DNA of 64,000 bases from the NCBI GenBank assembly GCA_030390025.1, contig CM059432.1, positions 152,584,001-152,648,000 of the forward strand, written 5' to 3'. Position 1 is the first letter of the stretch; each line of letters starts with the position of its first letter. The translations under genes and the position numbers were made by a program. Shown in pieces: positions 1-10,152 of the stretch. Under the pieces are notes generated by a model. The model saw only the letters and a program-made list of their open reading frames with translations, was not told where the DNA came from and searched no databases. Origin of the DNA: Squalus acanthias. Its lineage: Eukaryota.

Positions 1-2907
1 AGTGTGGCGACCAGAACTGCACACAGTATTCCAGCTGTGGCCTAACTAGCGTTTTGTACAGCTCCATCATAACCTCCCTGCTCTTATATTCTATGCCTCA
101 GCTAATGAAGGCAAGTATCCCATATGCCTTCTTAACCGCCTTATCTACCTGTCCTGCTGCCTTCAGGGATCTATGTACATGCACACCAAGGTCCCTCTGA
201 TCCTCTGTCCTTCCTAGGGTCCTACCATTCATTGTGTATTCCCTTGCCTTGTTAGTCCTCCCAAAATGCATCACCTCACACTTTTCAGGGTTAAATTCCA
301 TTTGCCACTGTTCTGCCCATCTGACCAACCCGTCTATATCGTCCTGTAGCCTGAGGCTTCCCTCCTCGTTATTTACCACTCCACCAATTTTCGTGTCATC
401 TGCGAACTTACTGATCATACCTCCTACATTCATATCTAAATCATTAATGTACACTACAAACAGCAAGGGACCCAGCACCGATCCCTGCGGTACACCACTG
501 GACACAGGCTTCCAGTCACAAAAACAACCTTCGACCATCACCCTCTGCCTCCTGCCACTAAGCCAATTTTGGATCCAATGTGCCAAATTGCCCTGGATCC
601 CATGGGCTCTTACCTTCTTGATCAGTCTCCCATGCGGGACTTTGTCAAAAGCCTTACTGAAGTCCATGTAGACTACATCAACTGCACTACCCTCATCCAC
701 ACACCTAGTCACCCCCTCGAAAAATTCAATCAAATTGGTTAGACATGATCTCCCCCTGACAAAGCCATGCTGACTATCCTTGATTAATCCTTGGCTCTCC
801 AAGTGGAGACTAATTCTGTCCCTCAGAATTTTTTCCAATAATTTCCCTACCACTGATGTTAGGCTCACTGGCCTGTAATTCCCTGGTTTATCCCTACTAC
901 CCTTCTTGAATAATGGTACTACATTAGCTGTCCTCCAGTCCTCTGGCACCTCCCCTGAGGCCAGAGAGGTTCTGAAAATTTGTGTCAGAGCCTCTGCAAT
1001 CTCCTCCCTTGCCTCACACAGCAGCCTGGGATACATCTCGTCTGGGCCTGGGGATTTATCCACTGTTAAGCCCGCTAAAACTGCTGGTACCTCCTCCCTC
1101 TCAATACTAATTTGTTCAAGTATATCACAATCCCCCTGCCTGATTTCTATGCCTACATCATCCTTCTCCATAGTGAACACAGATGCACAATATTAATTTA
1201 AAACCTCACCTACATCTTCCGGCTCTACACACAGATTGCCACTTTGGTCCCTAATGGGCCCTACTCTTTCCCTGGTTATCCTCTTGCCCTTAATATACTT
1301 ATAAAACACCTTGGGATTTTCCTTTATTTTGCCAGCCAGTATTTTTTCATGCCCCCTCTTTCGCTCTCCTAATTTCTTTTTTAAGTACCCCCCTGCACTT
1401 TCTATACTCCTCTGGGGCTTCCACTGTTTTTAGTCCTTTGTATCTGCCAAAAGCGTCCCTTTTTTTTCCTTATCCATTCTTGTATATCCCTTGACATCCA
1501 GGGTTCCCTGGGCTTGTTGGTCCCACCCTTGACGTTTACGGGAACATGTTGGCATTGTACTCTCTCTATTTCCTTTCTGAATGACTCCCACTGCTTTGAT
1601 GTGGATTTTCCTACAAGTAGCTTATCCCAATCCACTTTGGCCAGATCCTGCCTTATCATATTAAAATCGGCCTGCCCCCAATTTAGAACCTTTATTTCCG
1701 GTCCACCTTTGTACTTTCCCATGACTACCTTAAATCTCACCGAATTATGGTCACTGTCACCAAAATGCTCTCCTACTGACACTTCTACCACTTGCCCGGC
1801 TACATTCCCTAGAATTAGGTCCAGTACCGCCCCCTCTCTTGTAGGACTTTCTACATGCTGGCTCAAAAAGCTCTCCTGGATGCACTTTAAGAATTCTGCA
1901 CCCTCTAAGCCTTTCACACTCTGACTATCCCAGTTAATAATGGGGATGTTGAAATCCACTACTATTATTACCCTATTATTTCTACACTTCTCTGAGATTT
2001 GCCTACATATCTGTCCCTCTATCTCCCCCTGACTGTTTGGGGGCCGATAGTACATTCCCAGCAAAGTGCTTGCCCCCTTTTTGTTTTTAAGTTCTACCCA
2101 TATGGCCTCATTAGAGGAACCTGCTAAGATATCATCCCTCCTTACAGCAGTAATTGACTCCTTGATTAATATTGCGACACCCCCTCCTCTTTTACACCCA
2201 CTTCTGTCTCGCCTGAAGATTCTATACCCCGGAATATTGAGCTGCCATTCCTGCCCCTCCCTCAACCATGTCTCTGTGATAGCAACAATATCATACTCCC
2301 ATGTGTTCATCAACACCTTCAATTCATCTGCCTTACTCGCAAGACTCCTTGCATTAAAATAAATGCCATCCAGCCTTGCCATACTCCTTTGTGCCGTTAC
2401 ATATTTGCTCTGCCTTCCAGACTGACTTCTTTTTTCCTCTATATTTGGCTGTGCATCACCCCCGACTATAGCTCCACTCCGTATCCCATCCCCCTGCCAA
2501 GTTAGTTTAAACCCCCCCCCAACAGCACTAACAAACCTCCCTGCAAGGATATTGGTCCCGTTCCGGTTCAGGTGCAACCCGTCCGACATGTACAGGTCCC
2601 ACCTTCCCCAGAAGCAGACCCAGTGATCCAGGAAACTAAAGCCCTCCCTCCTGCACCAACTCTTTAGCCACGCATTCATCTGCTCTATCCTCCTATTCCT
2701 ATACTCACTAGCACGTGGCACCGGGAGTAATCCAGAGATTACAACCTTTGAAGTCCTGCTTTTTAATCTGCTACCTAGCTCCCTAAATTCTTGTTGCAGG
2801 ACCTCATCCCTCTTTCTACCCATGTCGTTGGTACCAATGTGAACCACGACCTCTGACTGTTCGCCCTCCCCCTTCAGAAGGCCCTGCAGCCGTTCAGTGA
2901 CATCCTT
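1..2907 (-). mobile_element. CR1-clade LINE, 5'-truncated, runs off window start: ORF1 esterase C-terminus + ORF2 APE endonuclease + RT
   Basis: ORF 1402-2919 has SGNH-esterase motifs (VVHIGTND, DGLHLN) followed by APE motifs (NARS, ITETW, DFN, SDH). ORF 98-1180 has RT motifs (NYRPVSLTS, YMDFSKAFD, GVPQGSVLGP, FADD). Frameshift near 1400. Confidence 0.95.
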
Positions 2908-3892
2908 GTTTTCTGTCATAAAGGGACAGTCAAAAGGATTTCAACCAATCTTCAACTTGACGTGCTTTGGTTTTATTCATGTAATGCTGCATATCTAGGC
3001 TGCATTTGTCACGTGCAGCCGTGCTGCTGCATTGAGATATGTGTACAAGACCTTTGCGTGCTGGAGATGCTGAAATCCAGCACTGGGTTATCGCAAGCTG
3101 CCTGGTGTTTCCTTGCACTTGTCCGGAGATGGAAGGTGGCACGGTGCTGGTGCTGATTTGAGAACCATGTGCTCTTTCTCGTGTTTTTGCACACATGCTG
3201 TTGGAGGCCTAATCGTCAAGTCACCCTCTGACGTGACGTGTTTGAGCATAGACTGGTGAAATTGTACAAGGCCTCCAAATCTCTCCCAAGTGTCTGCAGA
3301 ACCTTTGAAACTGACCTTTTGAATTGTAGACTCTTAACACCTCACCAGCATCAGTGATGGCATTCTTGAGAGGGTGTTGCGACTGTGATACCCATTAGTG
3401 TGCCTACAGCTGTCAGCGATGCTGTGTGCTGCTCAATGATGGCCCTCGGAACAGTCAATCATTGTTCTAGGGCAGGTGCTAACTGGACGGTAAGCCTCCG
3501 CAATGCTACCCAGACCTGCCTCTCGCTTGTTTTTCAACCAAATAAGTGGCTGTGTACTGTTCTCAGTCCAAAATCATGTTCTATTTTATACATGACCCTG
3601 TGAGGTCAAAATCACAAAGTGACTCGGCAGGGCCAGTGGATGTGCAAGGGCTGTGAAGTAGCAGCTGGCTCTCCTTCAGCCACCACCATTTCCCTTTCCA
3701 TGACTGTGATACTTTACTTACGTCCCCTTTCCTCCTCGAACTCACTAAAAGCAATGGAAGTGTTTGTTTTTCGAGCTGCTGCCCACTTCAAGTGATGTTG
3801 GTGAGTGCGAGTACAGCACTGAGGCTTGCTATCCTGAAGGATTGTGCGATATCTGTGAAAAGAGACAACGATTTATGATCACGTGTAAAAAA

Positions 3893-5227
3893 GAAAAAGA
3901 AAGAACCTGCATTTATCTAGCACCTTTCACAGCCTCCGGAAGTCTCAAAGGGGGAAAAATTCGGTTGGATTGTGCCTCCCGTTAGCGCCTTAAGAGGGCG
4001 CTAATGTGGCGCAAAGCAACTAGTGCCCGTGCGCGGCGATGTTTGCGCCGCTCATGAAATTGACTAGACATTTTGCGGCGGCGCTAAACGCTACCGCCAC
4101 GATCTCCTGCGCCGGCAGATCGTGACTTCAGTCGAGTGTGCAACGCCCCGGTAGCGCCCCGGACCGGATATTGAGTGGCGCCCTCTGTCTTACCGCTTGC
4201 CGCTAGCAACGACAGGTTGAGGGGAGCGTTTTGCAGTCAGGAAGGGACTGGGGGAGCGCTATTTAAAGGCGACCACTTCCTGCATTTTTTTGTCGGCAAA
4301 ATTTTTTCACCACGCATTCTGAGTGAGAGAGAGAGACTGCAGGAGATATTCAACGCTGTGTTGAGGAGTTTTGGGTACTGAGCAGCACTTTGCAGGTTCT
4401 TTTTTATTTGATCTTCCTTGCATCGATTTAGAAGAGACTGTGGGGGCTGCGCTCTGAGCTCTTTCCTGGGTCTCTCCATTGTTCTTTCCAACAGATTTGA
4501 TGTACAGGTCTCTCCAGGCCTAGATTCAAGGCTGCAATGAGCAGGGTGTGGATGGAGAGCAAGATCGACCCTCCCCTTTAAGAACTGGCCGGCGCCAGTG
4601 TGTCTGTGTTCCATTGCTGACTGACATCACATGAGCGTCGCCAGCGCTCTGACTTAGCGCCTTGCTCCTCGGCCTTTGCGCCTTAAGACAGATGTGTAGC
4701 GCCTGATTTAGTGCTCCAATCACCTCCAGGGGTGATAAAAGCCAAGTTTGCAGTTGGAGGCTTTGCGCCCGGCCGATAATCGCGCCCCAAACGGGGCGAT
4801 ACTGAATTTCTCCCCCATTGTGCTTTACAACCAATGAAATAGTTTTGAAGTGTGGTCACTGCTGTAATCTAGGAAACACGGCAGCCAGTTAGTGCACAGC
4901 AAGCTCCCACAAACAGCAATGAGATAATGACCAGATCATCTGTTTTAGTGATTTTGGTTGAGGGACAAATATTGGTCAGTACAATGGGGAGAACTCCCCT
5001 GCTCTTCTTCGAATAGTGCCTTAGGATCTTTTACGTCCACCTGAGAGGTCAGACGGGGCCTTGATTTAAGGTCTTATCCGAAAGACGGCGCCTCTGACAG
5101 TGCAGCACTCCCTCAGTACCGCACTGAAGCGTCAGCCTAGAATATGTGCTCAAGTTTCTGGAGTGAGACTTGAACCCACGACCTTCTGATTCAGAGGTAA
5201 GAGTGCTACAACTGAGCCATGGCTGAC
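3893..5227 (-). mobile_element. tRNA-derived Deu-domain SINE (SacSINE1-like), split by a TIR element at 3950-4816
   Basis: Reverse complement matches the SINE at 21523-21977. Head and body are at 4818-5227, 3' tail at 3893-3949. Confidence 0.8.
3950..4816. mobile_element. Non-autonomous TIR DNA transposon (MITE, PIF/Harbinger-like)
   Basis: TIRs GGGGGAAAAATTC / GAATTTCTCCCCC (12/13 match). CpG-rich interior, interrupts a SINE, and the left end is shared with 62932-63611. Superfamily assignment is inference. Confidence 0.7.
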
Positions 5228-5509
5228 CGTACAGTTGTTCCACTGCCAGTATATGGGTCAGGAATTTCCTTGGTGCTGCTCATGCTCCCTTGCCTGAAGT
5301 GTGGCACAAACACCATTTGCGCACAGTTTCAGCTGTACTTCGGCAAAAATGGGTGGTGGAGCAGGAGCACAACAGTTCCTAGAAAATTCCCAGCCACGGT
5401 GTTTTGTGGCATGGCTAACCTGCTGAAAGTCACGTTCATGGGAACAGTGAATGTATGTTGACATAACTGTAAAAGCCAGCAAGGTGGTCATCTCCTCTAG
5501 CTTCTGTGT

Positions 5510-6770
5510 CATAGAAACATAGAAAATAGGAGCAGGAGTCGGCCATTTGGCCCTTCGAGCCTGCTCCGTCATTCAATATGATCATGGCTGATCCTCTATC
5601 TCAATACCATATTCCCGCTCTCTCCCCATACCCCTTGATGCCTTTTGTGTCTAGAAATCTATCTATCTCCTTCTTAAATATATTCAGTGACTTGGCCTCC
5701 ACAGCTTTCTGTGGTTGAGAATTCCACAGATTCACCACCCTCTGAGTGAAGAAATTTCTCCTCATCGCAGTCCTAAATGTCCTACCCCGTATCCTGAGAC
5801 TGTGACCCCTCGTTCTAGAACCCCCAGCCAGGGGAAACATCCTCCCTGCATCCAGTCTGTCTAGCCCTGTCAGAATTTTATACGTTTCAATGAGATCCCC
5901 TCTCATTCTTCTAAACTCTAGTGAATACAGGCATAGTCGACCCAATTTCTCCTCATACGACAGTCCTGCCATCCCAGGAATCAGTCTGGTGAACCATCGC
6001 TACACTCCCTCTATGGCAAGTATATCCTTTCTTAGGTAAGGAGACCAAAACTGCACACAGTGCTCCAGGTGTGGTCTCACCAAGGCCCTGTACAACTGTA
6101 GTAAGACATCCTTGCTCCTGTACTCAAATCCTCTTGCAATGAAGGCCAACATACCATTTGCCTTCCTAACTGCTTGCTGCACCTGCATGTTTGCTTTCAG
6201 TGACTGATGTACAAGGACACCCAGGTCCCTTTGTACATCAACATTTCCCAATCTATCACCATTTAAATAATACTCTGCCTTTCTGTTTTTCCTACCGAAG
6301 TGGATAACTTCACATTTATCCACGTTATACTGCATCTGCCATGTATTTGCCCACTCACTCAACTTGTCTAAATCGCCTTGAAGCCTCTTTGCATCCTCCT
6401 CACAACTCACAATCCCACCTAGTTTCGTGTCGTCAGCAAACTTGGAAATATTACATTTGGTTCCCTCATCCAAATCATTGATATATATATTGTGAATAGC
6501 TGGGGCCCAAGCACTGATCCCTGCAGTACCCCACTAGTCACCGCCTGCCACCCTGAAAAAGACACATTTATTCCTACTCTCTGTTTCCTGTCTGTTAACC
6601 AATTTTCAATCCATGCCAGTATATTACCCCCAATCCCATGTGCTTTAATTTTGCACACTAACCTCTTAGGTGGAACTTTATCAAAGGCTTTCTGAAAATC
6701 CAAATACACCACATCCACTGGTTCTCCCTTATCTATTCTACCAGTTACATCCTCAAAAAACTCCAGTAGG
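5510..6770 (-). mobile_element. CR1 LINE 3' fragment (RT and C-terminus, frameshifted)
   Basis: ORFs 5601-5972, 6000-6473 and 6419-6808 carry YLDFQKAFD, FADD, RPHLE, NFFTQRVV. Tail (ATGTTTCT)n. Confidence 0.95.
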
Positions 6771-6881
6771 TTGGGTGTCTCAGTTGCCTCCCAACCTATG
6801 TACTCCAATTAGCCAGCTATCCTGCGATGGTTTCAACTATTGACAGCCGCTGTCCCTGACTAAAGGGAGGACAATATATAG

Positions 6882-7020
6882 GCCTTGTCTGCCCTATCAG
6901 GTGGACATAAAAGATCCCACGGCACTATTTGAAAAAGAGCAGTGGAATTATCCCCGGTGTCCTGGCCAATGTTTATCCCTCAACCAACATAACTAAAACA
7001 GATTATCTGGTCATTATCTC
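6882..7020 (+). mobile_element. Deu-domain SINE internal fragment
   Basis: Matches 21695-21835 (caggtggacataaaagatccc...cagattatctggtcattatc). Confidence 0.75.
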
Positions 7021-7599
7021 CTATATATCCGGTCCCCAAACCCAAAACAGCCGTCCCCCCGCTCTGTATCTCTGCTCGGAGGATTTGCAGGTCCAGTTCC
7101 TTGAAGTGTTTCTTCGATCTGGCTCCCATTCTTGCTGCCAAAGTTGCCTGCTTCTTCCATTCCAAAAGATTTCTTTTACCCTTGCACTTCACTTTCTGCC
7201 CTCCAAGCATCTCTCAATGGCCACATGCCCTTTAATTCCACGTGATGCTGTCTTTGCCATAAGTCTCTTATCAAATAACGTTGTTGTTTCAGTGTCTCAA
7301 AACACATCTCAAAGGGGAAGCAAAAGTGAGATGAAGTGGTGGAAGTGAGGGTACAAGAAAGGGAGAGTCACTTGGGAAAAGGATTGAGGGAGGGAGATGG
7401 GGTCCGATTAAATGGAATACCTTGTGCCACAACACCAAGGTAATCCTGAACTGTTACCTGAAAAATGTTAGAAATGTGTATTTAAATTCAGTGTCCTAAA
7501 ATTTCTCCTGCCTTTTAAAAAGAGCAGAAAAGTGCATTAAATATGGTGCATATTTTTGTTACAACTTTAACTGGTTCTGTTTGAGATAAGCCAGAAACA

Positions 7600-8050
7600 A
7601 GGGGCTGAATCTTAACCTCTCCTCCCCCGCCACAAAAACGGCTGGGTTGGGGTCATGTCGGAGGTTAACATTCAAAAAATCTGAAACAGGAACCCAAGCT
7701 GCCTCGAGCCTGCCCACTTCTGGTTTTAACGGAGGTGGGATGAAGGGCGGGTGACCAATCTGCTCGCACGAGGCGGTTGGTCATTTAAATATTATAATAA
7801 AGCCGCCTGCCTTCATTTTAACTATTTTTAATTCATGTTGGCTGGGTTTCCTAGGGCCCGGGAAACCCGGCATCCGAAAGGAGGCGAGAAGGGCTGAATC
7901 TACGGGGTAAGTGCCTTTGCAGCGCTGCTTGTGGGCCAGGAGGAGCAGGAGCTGAACAAGCTACCCAGTAACACCACCCCCGCCCCCCTGCGATCTGTCT
8001 GCTCTCTCCACCTCCCCCCGACTTCCGTGATCGCAGTATTGCCAACCCCA
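7600..8050. mobile_element. CpG-rich TIR-element remnant
   Basis: Begins ggggctgaatctt, resembling the termini at 13148-13160 and 23291-23304. Second end not found. Confidence 0.4.
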
Positions 8051-8218
8051 CCGCCTCATAAATCTCTTAAAAATCATGAGATTTGGTATAGAAATCACGA
8101 GTTGCTATTTTTTTCACGACCCGACCCCTCACTGACCTTGGCTCCTGGACAGGAAGCGCATTCTGCGACCTTTGCTCCCAACAGGAAGCGCAGTCGACCA
8201 TCACTAACTGATGACTGA

Positions 8219-8251
8219 CATAAGAACATAAGAAATAGGAGCAGGAGTAGG
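8219..8251 (-). mobile_element. Extremely 5'-truncated CR1 (tail only)
   Basis: cataagaacataagaaataggagcaggagtagg, essentially the same as the tails at 10153, 43268 and 53864. Confidence 0.75.
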
Positions 8252-8329
8252 TGATGAGTGGCCTCACTGTCGAGTCACTCGCAGGACGGCCTCGCTCTGC
8301 TTTTCACTGTTACTCTTTCCGGAACATAT

Positions 8330-8665
8330 CCTCCTCCAGCCCTACAACCCTCCGAGATCTCTGCACTCCTCCAATTCCAGCCTCTTGCGCATTCCCAATT
8401 TTAATCGCTCCGCCATTGCCGGTTGTGCCTTCAGCTGCCAAGGCCCTAAGCTCTGGAATTCCCTCCCTAAACCTCTCCGCCTCTCTACCTCTCTTCCCTC
8501 CTTTAAGACACTCCTTAAAACCTACCTCTTTGATCGAGCTTTTGGTCACCGGCCCTAATATCTCCTTATGTGGCTCGGTGTCAAATTTTGTTTGATAATC
8601 GCTCCTGTGAAGCACCTTGAGATGTTTTACTACTTTAAAGGCGGCTGTATAGTTGTTGTTGTTGC
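8330..8665 (+). mobile_element. L2-like LINE/SINE 3' end
   Basis: Closely similar to 42232-42545. Ends in (gtt)n. Confidence 0.7.
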
Positions 8666-9194
8666 TGTCATTGACTCTTGCCCTCGTTGCCAGGTTACCA
8701 CTTGCCCAGGCGCTCAAACAACACGAGTGTTCTCTGTAAAGACAATCGCCTGCGGGTACACACACCCAGCCCCGCTAAACCGATGTGGGGCACAGCAACC
8801 CGACAGGGGGATGAGCTAAACACTGTGCCACACCGCCACCCCCCCCACCCATAGTAAGTAGAACTGGTAACTTACTGTGGACTCCAATGGCAGCCAGCAA
8901 TAGGTAACAAATGTTCTTGATCTTGAAGATGATCCCGGTGTGATGCATTGCCTTCTAACAAATCTCAGCATACAGCCAAGAGACCATTACAATAGATGAC
9001 CTTTTAGAGGACAATTTAGGTAGTCAATTATGTTGACTGACTTATTGCATAATAGTTAGAGTTAAAGATCAGAACAAGTTACTGCAATATATAAAAAAGT
9101 TTACTACCCCTCAAAACTCCAAAAAGTTCCTAGACGACAGCTGGGATATTCCCACTGATCTGCCTCAGGAAGAGCTTGTACTTTTTGTTCTCTT

Positions 9195-9296
9195 GATGGG
9201 ATGAGCTGAAGGGTGGGAGGAGGCTCATGTGGAGCATAAACACTGGCATAGACCCATTGGGCGAAATGGCCTGTTTCTGTGCTGTAAATACTATGT
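9195..9296 (+). mobile_element. CR1-type 3' end fragment (LINE or partner SINE)
   Basis: Ends ...gggcgaaatggcctgtttctgtgctgtaaatactatg, like the other CR1 termini in the window. Confidence 0.55.
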
Positions 9297-9445
9297 GACA
9301 AAAGGTGATACTTCCGAGACTAAAAGTTTACAGTTGCCATGGTCTCATTATAATCAAACACCTTGAGTGGAGGGTGGGGGGTCGTTTAAAACCCGATTAG
9401 ATTGGCCTTGGGCAGTGGAATGAAAGTAGAGAGGTCGATACTTAC

Positions 9446-9790
9446 ACGAGCGTCAATCTTGTCAGAAGCGAGTTTATGTAGCTCCAGGAGAGATTGGATG
9501 CACCTCGTTGCTTCGAAACCATTGCTTCACTCATCCCAATCAGGTTTCTCGGGAAGAGATTAGATTAGATCACAAGTGAAAAACAAACACTGAACAAAGA
9601 GAGAGAGTCAGGAAGATGTATTGGGGCCGGGAAGCCATTTCTTGCACTAACCGAAACATCCTGAAGAAATGACACGGCCCATGCACCGGTTGTGGAATTT
9701 CATCGGCTTCTCCGCATGTTCCCGCTACTCGTGGGACTGATCCTGGAAAAACTTGGCAAAGTTCTTCAGCGCAACATCAAAGCAGGCAGA
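9446..9790 (-). pseudogene. fth1-like (pseudogene): Ferritin heavy/middle-chain-like unprocessed pseudogene, exons 2 (9652-9790) and 3 (9446-9547)
   Basis: Exon 2 translates SACFDVALKNFAKFFQDQSHE*REHAEKPMKFHNRCMGRVI/(+1)LQDVS. Exon 3 translates KPDWDE*SNGFEATRC--------IQSLLELHKLASDKIDAR. Splice sites ttttcag/GTTAGT and gag/GTAAGT fall at canonical ferritin intron positions; intron is 104 nt. Stops at 9725-9727 and 9527-9529. Confidence 0.92.
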
Positions 9791-10152
9791 CTGAAAAAAA
9801 AAAGGAAAATATAGAGTGAAGTCAGGGGAATCTGGAACCAACTTCTAAGCACCCTAGAGAAGGCAACAGTCTCCCTTACGCAATCCTGAGGCTCTGGCAT
9901 GAAAGGATAGGCAGTTGGAATCAGTCATTTCAGTTGTTTCCAAGGAACCGGTGCTGCCTTTCGATGATGGTAGCTAAATTCTCGCGCATGCACAAATCGG
10001 CGTATTTTTTTCCCGTGCATGTACAAATCGCCAAATTGACGTCATCAAGCATTCAGCGCGAATCCAAAAATAATCCAGAAATTTAGGAGTTCCATTGTGA
10101 GATCATAAATGATCCTTTATTTCACTCAGAAATCACATCACTTGGATGGATT

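Noticed and set aside
234..2362. Antisense ORFs over CR1 copies (also 35538, 39713, 55500, 56988)
   Set aside because: Shadow frames of CR1 ORF2.
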